This document shows positions 9,758-19,965 of a stretch of DNA of 64,000 nt, one piece after another (position 1 is the first letter of the stretch; every line of letters begins with the position of its first letter). The notes under the pieces are model-generated. The model saw nothing but the letters and a program-made list of their open reading frames with translations, did not search any database and was not told the DNA's origin. The position numbers and the translations under genes are program-made. Source of the DNA: an uncultured Porphyromonas sp. (lineage in GTDB: Bacteria; Bacteroidota; Bacteroidia; Bacteroidales; Porphyromonadaceae); NCBI RefSeq assembly GCF_938046015.1, contig NZ_CALIXW010000035.1, forward strand, positions 18,989-82,988, given 5' to 3'.

Positions 9758-10663
9758 ATGAGCGAAGTAGTACAAGAGTCCATCCACCGCTCGGGCTTCG
9801 TCAATATCGTGGGTAACCCCAACGTAGGGAAGTCCACCCTGATGAACCTGCTGGTAGGGGAGCGCGTCTCCATCATCACCGCCAAGGCACAGACCACCCG
9901 CCACCGCATCATGGGCATCGTCAATACGCCCGAGCTGCAGATCGTCTACAGCGATACGCCCGGTGTGCTGCGGCCCAACTACAAGCTGCAGGAGAGCATG
10001 CTCGAGTTCAGCGAGTCCGCCTTGGGGGATGCCGACGTGCTGCTCTACGTGACGGACACGGTCGAGACGGCGGACAAGAACGAGTTCTTCCTCGAGCGTG
10101 TGCGCGGCCTCCAGTGCCCCGTGCTCCTCGTCATCAATAAGGTAGACCTCACCACACAGAGCGGGCTGGAGGAGCTGGTCGAGCGCTGGCACCGCGAGCT
10201 GCCCCAGGCGGAGATCATCCCCATATCGGCGCTGAATAACTTCAACGTCCAGCCGCTGCGCCGCCGTATCGAGAGCCTCATCCCGCCCTCACCCCCTTAC
10301 TTCGACAAGGATGCGCTGACGGACAAGCCCGCCCGCTTCTTCGTCACCGAGATCATCCGCGAGAAGGTGCTGCTCTACTACCAGAAGGAGATCCCCTACT
10401 CGGTAGAGGTCGTCGTAGAGTCCTTCAAGGAGGAGGACGAGCGCATCCACATCCAGGCACTGATCATCGTCGAGCGCGATAGCCAGAAGGGCATTATCAT
10501 TGGGCACAAGGGCGCAGCGCTCAAGAAGGTCGGCATGATGGCCCGCAAGGACATGGAGCGCTTCTTCGACAAGCGTATCTTCCTTGAGATCTTCGTCAAG
10601 GTAGAGAAGGACTGGCGCAGCCGCGACAATATGCTGCGCGCCTATGGCTACCGCCTCGACTAG
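9758..10663 (+). CDS. era: GTPase Era
   Basis: 301 aa. G1 motif GNPNVGKST, G-domain, and C-terminal KH domain region (IIVERDSQKGIIIGHKGAALK). Confidence 0.9.
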   Translation: MSEVVQESIHRSGFVNIVGNPNVGKSTLMNLLVGERVSIITAKAQTTRHRIMGIVNTPELQIVYSDTPGVLRPNYKLQESMLEFSESALGDADVLLYVTDTVETADKNEFFLERVRGLQCPVLLVINKVDLTTQSGLEELVERWHRELPQAEIIPISALNNFNVQPLRRRIESLIPPSPPYFDKDALTDKPARFFVTEIIREKVLLYYQKEIPYSVEVVVESFKEEDERIHIQALIIVERDSQKGIIIGHKGAALKKVGMMARKDMERFFDKRIFLEIFVKVEKDWRSRDNMLRAYGYRLD

Positions 10664-10702
10664 CTTCAGGCTAGCCCACATTAACAGCAAAGACAGGAAT
10701 CA

Positions 10703-12013
10703 ATGAGTCATCTAGTAGCAATAGTAGGGCGCCCCAACGTCGGGAAGTCCACCCTCTTCAACCGCCTGACGCAGTCGCGCGGCGCCATCGTCAGCGAGGA
10801 GGCCGGTACGACGCGCGACCGTCAGTACGGCAAGGTCACCTGGCTCGACCACGAGTTCTCCATCGTAGACACCGGTGGCTGGGTCGTCGGCAGCGAGGAC
10901 GTCTTCGAGGGCGAGATCAATAAGCAGGTGCAGGTAGCCATGGACGAGGCCGACGTCATCCTCTTCGTCGTCGACGTGGAGAACGGCATCACCGACCTCG
11001 ACGACGAGGTCGCGCACAAGCTCCGCCGCACCAAGAAGCCCGTGCTGCTGGTGGCGAACAAGGCGGACAACTTCGCCCAGCACTACGCCGCCGCCGAGTT
11101 CTACGCCTTCGGCCTCGGGGATCCCATGCCCATCTCCGCCATCAGCGGCAGCGGTACGGGGGATCTGCTGGACGCCATCGTCAAGGAGCTGCCCGAGGGC
11201 ACGACAGAGGATGAGGTGCTGGATGCCCCACGTATCGCCATCGTCGGCCGTCCCAACGCAGGGAAGTCCTCCCTCATCAACGCCTTCATCGGTGAGGAGC
11301 GCAACATCGTCACCAACGTGGCGGGCACGACGCGCGACTCCATCTACACGCACTACACGAAGTTCGGCATGAACTTCTACCTCGTAGATACGGCCGGCAT
11401 CCGCAAGCGCGGTAAGGTCAACGAAGACCTAGAGTACTACTCGGTCATCCGCTCCATCCGCGCGATCGAGAACTCGGACGTCTGCGTGCTGATGCTGGAC
11501 GCCACGCGCGGCATCGAGGCACAGGACCTCAACATCTTCTCGCTCATACAGAAGAACAGTAAGGGCCTCATCGTCTGCGTCAACAAGTGGGACCTCGTCG
11601 AGGACAAGAGCCAGGTCGTGATCAAGACCTTCGAGAACGCTATCCGTCAGCGCCTAGCGCCCTTCACCGACTTCCCCATCATCTTCATCTCGGCGCTGAC
11701 GAAGCAGCGTATCTTCAAGGTGCTGGAGGAGGTGCAGGCCGTCTACGAGCGTCGCAGCAAGCGTATCCCGACCTCCAAGCTCAATGAGGTGATGCTGCCT
11801 ATCATCGAGGCCACGCCGCCTCCCGCCACCAAGGGTAAGTATATCAAGATCAAGTACGTGATGCAGCTGCCCACGGCTGTGCCGAGCTTCGCCTTCTTCG
11901 CTAACCTCCCGCAGTGGGTCAAGGAGCCCTACCGCCGCTTCCTCGAGAATCAGATCCGCGCCCACTGGGACTTCTCCGGTACGCCCATCAATATCTTCAT
12001 CCGCGAGAAGTAG
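10703..12013 (+). CDS. der: ribosome-biogenesis GTPase Der (EngA), with two tandem G domains
   Basis: 436 aa. Two P-loops (GRPNVGKST and GRPNAGKSS) plus a KH-like C-terminus. Confidence 0.9.
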   Translation: MSHLVAIVGRPNVGKSTLFNRLTQSRGAIVSEEAGTTRDRQYGKVTWLDHEFSIVDTGGWVVGSEDVFEGEINKQVQVAMDEADVILFVVDVENGITDLDDEVAHKLRRTKKPVLLVANKADNFAQHYAAAEFYAFGLGDPMPISAISGSGTGDLLDAIVKELPEGTTEDEVLDAPRIAIVGRPNAGKSSLINAFIGEERNIVTNVAGTTRDSIYTHYTKFGMNFYLVDTAGIRKRGKVNEDLEYYSVIRSIRAIENSDVCVLMLDATRGIEAQDLNIFSLIQKNSKGLIVCVNKWDLVEDKSQVVIKTFENAIRQRLAPFTDFPIIFISALTKQRIFKVLEEVQAVYERRSKRIPTSKLNEVMLPIIEATPPPATKGKYIKIKYVMQLPTAVPSFAFFANLPQWVKEPYRRFLENQIRAHWDFSGTPINIFIREK

Positions 12014-12093
12014 CGCCGCCCCCAGCTACGGCCGCGAGCTAGCTCTCTCCGCGGCAAATCCTTAGCTTCCGCCCTAACGACGGGGCAATAAGT

Positions 12094-12137
12094 AAAGCCC
12101 CCTAGCGTCACTCGGACGCTAGGGGGCTTTCTGTTTT
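12094..12137. terminator. bidirectional intrinsic terminator between convergent der and pgk
   Basis: aagccccctagcgtc/actcg/gacgctagggggctt followed by tctgtttt. The reverse strand is also T-rich after the stem. Confidence 0.65.
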
Positions 12138-12156
12138 GCTTAGCTCAGCGAGGGGC

Positions 12157-13419
12157 TTATTCCTCGATAGCAGCGATACCGGGGAGCTTCTTGCCCTCGA
12201 TGGCCTCGAGGAGGGCACCGCCACCGGTGGAGACGTAGGATACCTTGTCGGCGTAGCCGAACTTGTTGACGCAGGCTACGCTGTCGCCACCACCCACGAG
12301 GGAGAAGGCACCCTTAGCCGTAGCCTCAGCGATGGCAGCAGCCACAGCACGCGAGCCGTCGGCGAAGTTGTCCATCTCGAAGACACCCGTAGGACCGTTC
12401 CAGAGGATGGTCTTGGACTCGAGGATGACCTTACGGTAGGCCTCGATGCTGTCGGGGCCGATGTCCATACCGATCCAGCCTGCGGGGATGTTGTCGTTCT
12501 GCGCGAAGGCGGTCTTAGCGTCGTTGCTGAAGGCGTCGGCGATCTTGGAGTCCGTGGAGAGGACGAGGTTCACGCCGTTGGCCTTGGCCTTAGCGACGAT
12601 CTCGCGTGCCAGGTCGAGCTTATCCTCTTCGCAGAGCGAGGCACCGATGTTGCCGCCGTTGGCCTTGAAGAAGGTGTAGGTCATAGCACCGGTGAGGATG
12701 AGGTTGTCGACCTTACCCAGCAGGTTCTCGATGATGTCGATCTTGGACGATACCTTGGATCCACCCATGATGGCGGTGAAGGGGCGCTTGATGTCCTGCA
12801 GCACCTTGTTGACGGCGTCGACCTCCTTACCCATGAGGTAGCCGAAGAGCTTGTGGTCGGCGTCGAAGTAAGCAGCGATGAGGGCCGTGGAGGCGTGTGC
12901 GCGGTGTGCCGTACCGAAGGCGTCGTTGACATAGACGTCAGCCAGAGCAGCGAGCTTCTTGGTGAACTCCTTCTGGCTCTCCTTAATGGCCTTCTTGGCA
13001 GCGGCCTTCTCTTCGTCCGTAGCGTCCTCAGCCAGGCCGCGGGGCTTGCCTTCCTCCTCAGCGTAGAAGCGGAGGTTCTCCAGCAGGAGGGCCTCACCGG
13101 GCTTGAGGTTGGCTGCGAGTTCGCGCGCCTCCTCGCCTACGCAGTCGGGGGCGAACTTGACGTCTACACCAAGGCACTTGGAGACGTGGGCGAGGATGTG
13201 GCGGAGAGAGAACTTATCCTCGACCTTCTTGGGACGGCCGAGGTGCGAACCGATGATGACGGAGCCACCGTCGGCAAGGATCTTCTTGAGCGTAGGCATG
13301 GCAGCACGGATACGCGTATCGTCCGTGATGTTGAAGTCTGCGTCCAGGGGCACGTTGAAGTCCACGCGGACGAAAGCCTTCTTGCCTGCGAAATTGAACT
13401 GGTCAATGTTCATGTGCAA
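12157..13419 (-). CDS. pgk: phosphoglycerate kinase
   Basis: 420 aa. N-terminus [19 protein letters not shown] and the hinge/ATP motifs of Pgk. An alternative start is 6 nt downstream (MNIDQ). Confidence 0.9.
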   Translation of the reverse strand: MHMNIDQFNFAGKKAFVRVDFNVPLDADFNITDDTRIRAAMPTLKKILADGGSVIIGSHLGRPKKVEDKFSLRHILAHVSKCLGVDVKFAPDCVGEEARELAANLKPGEALLLENLRFYAEEEGKPRGLAEDATDEEKAAAKKAIKESQKEFTKKLAALADVYVNDAFGTAHRAHASTALIAAYFDADHKLFGYLMGKEVDAVNKVLQDIKRPFTAIMGGSKVSSKIDIIENLLGKVDNLILTGAMTYTFFKANGGNIGASLCEEDKLDLAREIVAKAKANGVNLVLSTDSKIADAFSNDAKTAFAQNDNIPAGWIGMDIGPDSIEAYRKVILESKTILWNGPTGVFEMDNFADGSRAVAAAIAEATAKGAFSLVGGGDSVACVNKFGYADKVSYVSTGGGALLEAIEGKKLPGIAAIEE

Positions 13420-13456
13420 TCTTGTTTAACGTTAATTGTAAAAGCTTTTACCAGCG

Positions 13457-13464
13457 CAAAAATA
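13457..13464 (-). promoter_or_regulatory. candidate -7 box (TATTTTTG on the - strand) for pgk
   Basis: TAnnTTTG motif about 37 bp upstream of the pgk ATG. Confidence 0.45.
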
Positions 13465-13611
13465 CGGAATTGCGGTGACTTAGCCCGCGTGTCGCGCCTA
13501 GGCTCGAAACCGATGGATATCAGGCCGAAGGATCGACTGGGTGCGCTCTGATATTTACCACAGAATATGGCTGAGTGGAATTGCTAGGCCTTGCCTATAT
13601 CTTGCTGGGTC

Positions 13612-14823
13612 TAGGGTATGCGTCGCGGGCTGATCGGTGTGGGGCGTGGCGAAGGACTAAGGCGGGGGTAGTGCTGGGGTGGGTAGGATAAGCCCCAGCG
13701 GGGCGACCCGATCAAAGCCCAGGGTGAGCAGCCCTGGAAGGGCGACCAAACCCTGGGTAGCCCGAGGTAAAAAGGATAGAGCCCTACAGGGGCGATCCAT
13801 AAAGCAGTTATAGCGCTGTCGCTAGTTTCACTCCGCTTTTGCTTTCGTTTGTTTTGAGGGTCGCCCCTGTAGGGCTCTTTAAGTATGGAGCTGCTTGCCC
13901 CAGGGTTCCGTCACACCTGCAGCGTTCCCTCACCCTGGGCTTTGGAAGGGAGCACCCCGCAGGGGCTTGCGCGGCCGCTCGTACTTAGCTTGGTTTAGGG
14001 TATGCGTCGCGGGCTGATTGGTGTGGTGCGTGGCGAAGGACTAAGGCGGGGCAGTGCTGGGGTGGGTAGGATAAGCCCCAGCGTGGCCACCCGATCAAAG
14101 CCCAGGGTGAGCAGCCCTGGAAGGGCGACCAAACCCTGGGTAGCCCGAGGTAAAAAGGATAGAGCCCTACAGGGGCGATCCATAAAGCAGTTATAGCGCT
14201 GTCGCTAGTTTCACTCCGCTTTTGCTTTCGTTTGTTTTGAGGGTCGCCCCTGTAGGGCTCTTTAAGTATGGAGCTGCTTGCCCCAGGGTTCCGTCACACC
14301 TGCAGCGTTCCCTCACCCTGGGCTTTGGAAGGGAGCACCCCGCAGGGGCTTGCGCGGCCGCTCGTACTTAGCTTGGTGTAGGGTATGCGTCGCGGACTGC
14401 TTGATGTGGTGCGTGGTGAAGGGCTAAAGCGGGGGCGGTGCTGGGGCGGGTAGGATAAGCCCCAGCGGGGCGACCCGATCAAAGCCCAGGGTGCGCAGCC
14501 CTGCAAGGGCGACCAAACCCTGGGTAGCCCGAGGCAAGAAGGATAGAGCCCTACAGGGGCGATCCTTAAAGTAGCTGTAGTGCTGTAGGTAGTTTCACTC
14601 CGACTTTGCTTTTGTTCGCTTGACGGGTCGCCCCTGTAGGGCTCGTTAAGTATGGGCGGTTTGACCCAGGGTTCCGTCACGCCTGCAGCGTTCCCTCACC
14701 CTGGGCTTTGGAAGGGGTCGCCCCGCAGGGGCTTGCGCGGCCGTTCGTACTTAGCTTGGTTTAGGGTATGCGTCGCGGGCTGCTTGATGTGGTGCGTGGT
14801 GAAGGGCTAAGGCGGGCTCGGCC
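13612..14823. repeat. tandem array of about 3.2 copies of a ~384-bp non-coding unit built from nested hairpins
   Basis: The string tagggtatgcgtcgcgg recurs at 13612, 13996, 14379 and 14762 (period 383-384). Copies 1 and 2 are nearly identical; copy 3 is more diverged. Each unit holds a 20-bp perfect inverted repeat (agagccctacaggggcgacc ... ggtcgcccctgtagggctct) around a ~58-nt loop, plus two cccagggt...accctggg hairpins. Confidence 0.9.
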
Positions 14824-14995
14824 GAGGGATAGTAGTCTGGACGCTGAGGGATAGCAGCCAGCAGGCTGAGAGACCGAAGAGGGGCGGTTAAGGGGTATTG
14901 GTCAGGACGCTGAGGGATAGCAGTTAGGGTGCTGAGGGACGTCAGTGGCGCGCGTGAGGGCTATCGGTTACGGTGCTGAGGGCTATCAGTCAAGG
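14824..14995. repeat. array of about 8 tandem 22-bp GAGGGA-YR-TC-family units
   Basis: gagggatagtagtctggacgct / gagggatagcagccagcaggct / ... / gagggctatcagtcaaggtgg, directly abutting the 384-bp array. Confidence 0.8.
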
Positions 14996-15189
14996 TGGTT
15001 GGGGGCAGGTGGGGAGGTCGCCCTGGCTCCTTCGAGGCGTCCCTGCGTCCCTTGGGACAGAGGGCGGACGAGGTACACTTACTCCGCACCCAAGCAAATG
15101 AAGAGCAGCGCCCCCTACCGACCGAGCCTAGGCTGGGGCGATAGGGGGCGCTGCTGTGGCGAGGGGATGAAGCCTGCGCTATCCTAGGG

Positions 15190-15810
15190 CTAGAGCTCGT
15201 CCTTGATATCCTCGAGCTCCACGAGCTTGTTCATGATGGCGTAGATCGTCAGGCCGCTGGGGCTGTGGATCTGTAGCTTCTTGGAGATGTTGCGCCTATG
15301 GGTGATGACGGTGTGGGTGGAGAGGTAGAGCTGTCCCGCGATCTCCTTATTGGTCATCCCCTTGACGACGCAGATGATGATCTCACGCTCGCGGGGCGTC
15401 AGCATCTGTGCCTCGAGATTGGCCGAGGCAGCAGCCTGCTCGTTCTGCAGCAGGATGTCGATGGCCTCGGAGATCTGGGCTGGGCTGTCGATGAGGCGGA
15501 TCACACCGTCGTACTCACGGAGGATCAGGGGGTCGCAGCTGCCGTAGTCGATGGCCATGAGCTTGGTCTCGAAGGCTAGATCGGGGAGCTGTGCGCGCGG
15601 GTTGGCCCCGGTGAGCATGGGGTTGATGAGGTAGATGTCTGCCGAGATGACGGCGGCCACGTCCTGCCACTCACGGCGCTGCTCGTCCATGAGGTAGATG
15701 ATCTGCGCCTTGTAGTGCTGCAGCTTGCGTAGCTGCGCCTCGAGTCCCGCGCGTACGATAGCGGAGGGCTCGGCGATGGCTATTTTGACCGAGGTGAGCA
15801 TAGGAGGCAA
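15190..15810 (-). CDS. LuxR-family transcriptional regulator (atypical receiver-like N-terminus, C-terminal HTH)
   Basis: 206 aa. C-terminal LTPREREIIICVVKGMTNKEIAGQLYLSTHTVITHRRNISKKL is a LuxR/GerE helix-turn-helix. Confidence 0.7.
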   Translation of the reverse strand: MPPMLTSVKIAIAEPSAIVRAGLEAQLRKLQHYKAQIIYLMDEQRREWQDVAAVISADIYLINPMLTGANPRAQLPDLAFETKLMAIDYGSCDPLILREYDGVIRLIDSPAQISEAIDILLQNEQAAASANLEAQMLTPREREIIICVVKGMTNKEIAGQLYLSTHTVITHRRNISKKLQIHSPSGLTIYAIMNKLVELEDIKDEL

Positions 15811-15837
15811 GGATAAGGAGCTATGCGAAGTGTGGGG

Positions 15838-16560
15838 CTAGTCGGCGAACTGCTGCTCCAGATAGCTGATGTGTGGGGTGAAGATCTCGTCCTCGATATA
15901 GTTGTGCGAGGCTAGCTCCATCTCGATACTGAAGATATCGTATAGGACGGTCGTCAGCTCGTAGCCGCTCTGGATGGGGTAGTACTTGATGAGCAGGTTC
16001 TTCAGCTCGGTGATCTTGAGCTCGATCTGGTCATGGCGGCGGCTGAAGATGGCGATACTGTAGTGGCTGTCGCGCTCCCCAGCGGCGAGCTTGCGGGCAT
16101 AGGGGAAGACGACGCGATCCTCGTAACCCATGTGCTTGCGTACCTCCTCGGCATACTCGTCGAAGAAGCGACGGATCACGTAGGCCAGCTCCTGTGGACA
16201 GTCCGAGATCGCCGAGAGAAGGCGCTGACGGATCGAGGGCAGGCGGTAGTCGAGGAAGTAGGAGTGGGACTTCGACAGGTAGCTGATTAGGCTGTCGAGG
16301 TGCACGCTGCGGATCTGCTCCTGGGAGGGACGATAGTTCTCCACGACCGCGCTATTGAGCAGCAGCAGTAGCGTCTTGAGGTCTACGCCGTGCTCCTGGC
16401 AGAGCTGCTTGATGGTCTTCTCCCCGAAGCCCAGCGGTATGCCCATACGTGTGATGATCAGGAGGGCTACGGCGCTGCTGGTGATGAGGTCGCTCATCTT
16501 GGTCAGGGCACCGATGGGGCTGGTCAGGGTCTGTCCCTGGAGTTGCTTGTATGAGTTCAT
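15838..16560 (-). CDS. hemerythrin-like (HHE cation-binding) domain protein
   Basis: 240 aa. Repeated H...HxxxE(D)xx(V/I)FP motifs (KHMGYEDRVVFPY and HNYIEDEIFTPH). Sits 27 bp upstream of the LuxR gene on the same strand. Confidence 0.5.
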   Translation of the reverse strand: MNSYKQLQGQTLTSPIGALTKMSDLITSSAVALLIITRMGIPLGFGEKTIKQLCQEHGVDLKTLLLLLNSAVVENYRPSQEQIRSVHLDSLISYLSKSHSYFLDYRLPSIRQRLLSAISDCPQELAYVIRRFFDEYAEEVRKHMGYEDRVVFPYARKLAAGERDSHYSIAIFSRRHDQIELKITELKNLLIKYYPIQSGYELTTVLYDIFSIEMELASHNYIEDEIFTPHISYLEQQFAD

Positions 16561-16930
16561 GTCGTCGCGTGGTGAATGTCTGCGCGTGAGGGCTGAGGCC
16601 TCACGAAGATGCTAGGACAAAGGTAGGTCTAAGGCGGCGTGCGTGCAATCCTCTCTTATAGGTAGCACTTAGTCCCCGAATCATCACATATAGGTATTGT
16701 GCTATCTCGGCCGAGGCTCTACCTTTGTGCTGTGAGAGTGATAAGGCTTCTGACCGCGTAACTCTTGTAAATAGTAAACCGTTTAAGTGATAAATCGAAG
16801 GACAGGATCAGCTCGGGAGAGTTGGTCCTGTTCGCTTTATATGCCCTCACTCGGGGCAGGATGTGGCGCTGGGCTCTCGCAGCCTGGAGACGGTCTGCTC
16901 TAGGCTGGAGCCCGTGGCGGTAGCCCTAGC

Positions 16931-17791
16931 TTAGCGCAGCTCCTCGGGGAGCTGGGGCATCGCCCCGCGGCAGGTGCAGACGTAGGCCGCTAGGTGCGAG
17001 GCGTTGTGCACCGCCTCGGCGCGGCCACGGCCCATGAGGGTGGCGCAGAGGTAGGCTGCGGCAAAGGAGTCGCCCGCACCGACCGTATCGACGACCTCGA
17101 TGGGTAGGGCAGGGTGGTAGCAGCTACCCGTGACGTAGTAGACATTGACCCCTAGGGCGCCGCGCGTCAGCAGCAGGCTGTCCAGCGCATAGCGCTCCAG
17201 CAGCGTGTGGCATATCTCCTGCTCGGTGCCGTGGATATTCAGGAGCTGAGCCACGACGGGCAGCTCCTCATCATTGAGCTTGAGGATGGTAGCGTGTGCC
17301 AGGGACTGCTCGACGATCTCACGGCTGTAGTAGTGCAGGCGTAGGTTGATGTCGAAGACCTTAATACTACCTGCGGGCATCTCCTGGATGAAGCGCTGGA
17401 TGGTGGCGGCACTGATGGGCGAGCGCTGCGCCAGCGAGCCGAAGCATACCGCATCGCAGCGGCGGGCAAGCTCCGCCAGCTCCTCCGTATAGGCGATATG
17501 ATCCCAGGCGACGTCCTCCTTGATCTCATAGCTGGGGAGCCCCTCGCGGAGCTGCACGAGTACCCGACCTGTGGGGTAGTCTACGCGCTGTACGTAGCGG
17601 CCGAGGCCACGGGCGTCGAGCTCAGCGGCCAGTTCGTCCCCGAGGGCATCGCGCCCTAGGGCTGTGACGGCGTAGGCCTCTTGGCCGAGGCTACGGCAGT
17701 GGTAGGCGAAGTTGGCGGGCGCGCCGCCGATGGCCTTGCGGTCAGGGAAGATATCCCAGAGGCTTTCTCCTATTCCGACGATGGTGTGCAT
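16931..17791 (-). CDS. PfkB-family carbohydrate kinase (fructokinase-like)
   Basis: 286 aa. N-terminal GESLWDIF...GGAPANFA and C-terminal DTVGAGDSFAAAY, the PfkB signature. Confidence 0.8.
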   Translation of the reverse strand: MHTIVGIGESLWDIFPDRKAIGGAPANFAYHCRSLGQEAYAVTALGRDALGDELAAELDARGLGRYVQRVDYPTGRVLVQLREGLPSYEIKEDVAWDHIAYTEELAELARRCDAVCFGSLAQRSPISAATIQRFIQEMPAGSIKVFDINLRLHYYSREIVEQSLAHATILKLNDEELPVVAQLLNIHGTEQEICHTLLERYALDSLLLTRGALGVNVYYVTGSCYHPALPIEVVDTVGAGDSFAAAYLCATLMGRGRAEAVHNASHLAAYVCTCRGAMPQLPEELR

Positions 17792-17848
17792 AGTGGCTGG
17801 TGCGTAGGTAAGGTGCTGTGTCTAGACGGAGGGCTAAGAGGGGGAGGG

Positions 17849-18700
17849 CTAGCGACGCTTGCGGCGGGTGAAGAGGCGGTGCAGGCCGTGCTGCAGCTGC
17901 CCTATGGCGATACTCATCAGCGTCGGACGTACGAAGTCCCAGGCGATGAGTGCATAGGGGGCATACTTGACCAGGCCCGCGGCATGCGTCTCGAGGACCT
18001 TGGTAAGGCGGGAGCTGGGCTTACTGGCGGCTGGGCGACTGGGGCGGCTGGGGCGCGTGAGGCTCCCCTTGTAGCCGAAGAAGCGCAGGACGGAGCTCAC
18101 ACCTGGCAGCTGTGTGGCGTAGTTGATGGCCTCACGCTGTGCGGTCTGCGCTAGGATTCCCTTGTAGTTCTCCTTGATGTAGCGTACGTCGCGTGCCATC
18201 TCCTCGGTAGAGCGGCTTCGCTCGACGAGGCTACGCCCGAGGCCGCGCTGCAAGGCCGTGTAGGGGACTTCGCCCTCGGGTCGGTCGAGGCTCGACTGAT
18301 AGCTGATCTCGGGCGTCATACGATCCAGCTGGTCGTTGATCTTGCGGGCACGCGCCAGCACACGCCGCGCTACGGCCTGCCGTACGCAGTGTTGCAGCCA
18401 GGAGCGTAGGAGGAGCGTCAGGAGGATAAGCCCCACGTAGCCCAGAGCGAGGTAGAGGAAGCCCCAGGCGGGGGACTCATCGAAGGAGGAGGCTAGGGCG
18501 AAGCCTGCTGCGATATTGAGCGCGAGGAAGAGGAAGAAGGCGAAGAAGCCGATGATCACCCAGAAGAGGAGCCTCCCGGCACTGCGCGCCATCTGGGTGC
18601 CGATGCTGAGCACCGACACGTCGAGCTGTCGCCGACCTAGGCGATAGAGCTTGATGAGGAAGCTGTCTAACTGTAGGGTAGCCATAGGGGTGGGTAGCAT
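17849..18700 (-). CDS. hypothetical membrane protein (two TM helices plus a basic cytoplasmic domain)
   Basis: 283 aa. Hydrophobic segments LLFWVIIGFFAFFLFLALNIAAGFALA and FLYLALGYVGLILLTLLL. Adjacent to a YtxH-like gene. Confidence 0.4.
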   Translation of the reverse strand: MLPTPMATLQLDSFLIKLYRLGRRQLDVSVLSIGTQMARSAGRLLFWVIIGFFAFFLFLALNIAAGFALASSFDESPAWGFLYLALGYVGLILLTLLLRSWLQHCVRQAVARRVLARARKINDQLDRMTPEISYQSSLDRPEGEVPYTALQRGLGRSLVERSRSTEEMARDVRYIKENYKGILAQTAQREAINYATQLPGVSSVLRFFGYKGSLTRPSRPSRPAASKPSSRLTKVLETHAAGLVKYAPYALIAWDFVRPTLMSIAIGQLQHGLHRLFTRRKRR

Positions 18701-18799
18701 AGATAGCGCTACCAGGGTGCTCAGCGTACTCGAGGTACCCTGAGTACTCTGGTAGCGCTACTCGTGGTTAATACTGCTGGGTGTGCTTTGGGGCGAGGG

Positions 18800-19051
18800 C
18801 TATTCCTCGTCCTTCAGCTCATCGATGAGCTCCTGCGTCTCATCGGTCAGGCGATTGCGATAGCGCTGATAGCGTTCCTTGGCTTCGTAGTAGCCCTCGA
18901 CGATGCTGTCACGGGCGCGCTCTACAGAGCTGGATACATTATCTGCGAAGAGCTCGCGCTTACGACGGTCAGAGAAGTAAGCGGCGGCTGCACCTGCTGC
19001 GGCTCCAATGAGCACACCGAGGAAGAAATTCCCCTTCGAACAATTAGCCAT
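18800..19051 (-). CDS. YtxH-like small stress protein (DUF948-like)
   Basis: 83 aa. N-terminal TM helix GNFFLGVLIGAAAGAAAAYF followed by a charged coiled tail; YtxH family architecture. Confidence 0.55.
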   Translation of the reverse strand: MANCSKGNFFLGVLIGAAAGAAAAYFSDRRKRELFADNVSSSVERARDSIVEGYYEAKERYQRYRNRLTDETQELIDELKDEE

Positions 19052-19251
19052 ATCCGTAATCCTTAGTAAATGGGTGAATGTGTCTAGCGTCTTTCGCTGC
19101 TGTAAAGATAGCGTAATTCTCTCAATTCCTCCTAGTGCCCCTGATCCGCCTCGCGGCTGGCTGCTCCTCTAGGCTGCCAGTGCCCGCCGCGCCTTGCTCC
19201 TGGCTGGAGGGCGCAGGGCGCGCCGTGGGGCCCGCTCCTAGGGAGGGCGCT

Positions 19252-19355
19252 CTGATGGGTATCCGTCAGAGCCTTGAGGGACGTCCCTCAGAGGAGTGAG
19301 GGGTATCCCTCGGACGGCTGAGGACTATCGGTCAGTGAGCCGAGGGCTATTGCTT
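19252..19355. repeat. array of about 5 units of the 22-bp near-palindromic repeat
   Basis: gggtatccgtcagagcctt / gagggacgtccctcagaggagt / gaggggtatccctcggacggct / gaggactatcggtcagtgagcc. Confidence 0.8.
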
Positions 19356-19603
19356 CGCCGCGCGAGCTCTATCCATGAGCCTTGCTTGTCCTCCCAGTCG
19401 ATTGCGTACGTCCAACCAATCAGCCCAGCGCAGTCTATCAACCAGCCAGTGCAGCCTGCTAACTAACCCAGTGAGCTCCATCCCTCGGGCAGCCCAGCAG
19501 CCGTCTCCTGCCGCGTGCCCCTCGGGCGCTGCCTTCCTTTACCCGCTGCGAGCGAGGAGGGGAGCGCGAAGCTATAGAGTAAGCCTCCTTTGATCCCTGC
19601 TAT

Positions 19604-19965
19604 TCGCTAAGGTCAAGCGGCTGAGTAAGCCCTAGTGGGACGATCTGTGTCACTCGCTAAGGTCAAGCGGCTTGCTAAGCCCCAGCGGGGCGATCCGTGC
19701 AAAGCCCAGGGTGAGGGAACGCTGTAGGTGTGACGGAACCCTGGGTTAAGTTCCCCAAACATAAAGAGCCCTACAGGGGCGACCCTTAGACGGAGCAGCT
19801 GTGAAGTCGGAGCAGCATTCCTCGGCGCTGCGAGCGTTTTAAGGGTCGCCCCTGTAGGGCTTCATAGCTATTTATCTAGCCTACCCAGGGTTTGGTCGCC
19901 CTGGCAGGGCTACGCACCCTGGGCTTTGTATGGGTCGCCCCGTTGGGGCTTGTCCTCCCCGTTTG
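19604..19965. repeat. rearranged, inverted copy of the 384-bp element, with a 45-bp tandem duplication of its aagccccagcggggcga module
   Basis: Contains the reverse complement of the ccccagggttccgtcacacctgcagcgttccctcaccctgggcttt module. Keeps the same 20-bp perfect stem agagccctacaggggcgacc/gggtcgcccctgtagggct, but with a different ~58-nt loop. Also carries the reverse complement of the caaagcccagggtgagcagccctgg...ccctggg module. Confidence 0.8.

Noticed and set aside
14824-14995. Possibility that the 22-bp unit arrays are CRISPR arrays
   Set aside because: Units are directly adjacent with only about 6 variable bases between cores. There are no unique 25-40-bp spacers, no leader, and no cas genes anywhere in the window.
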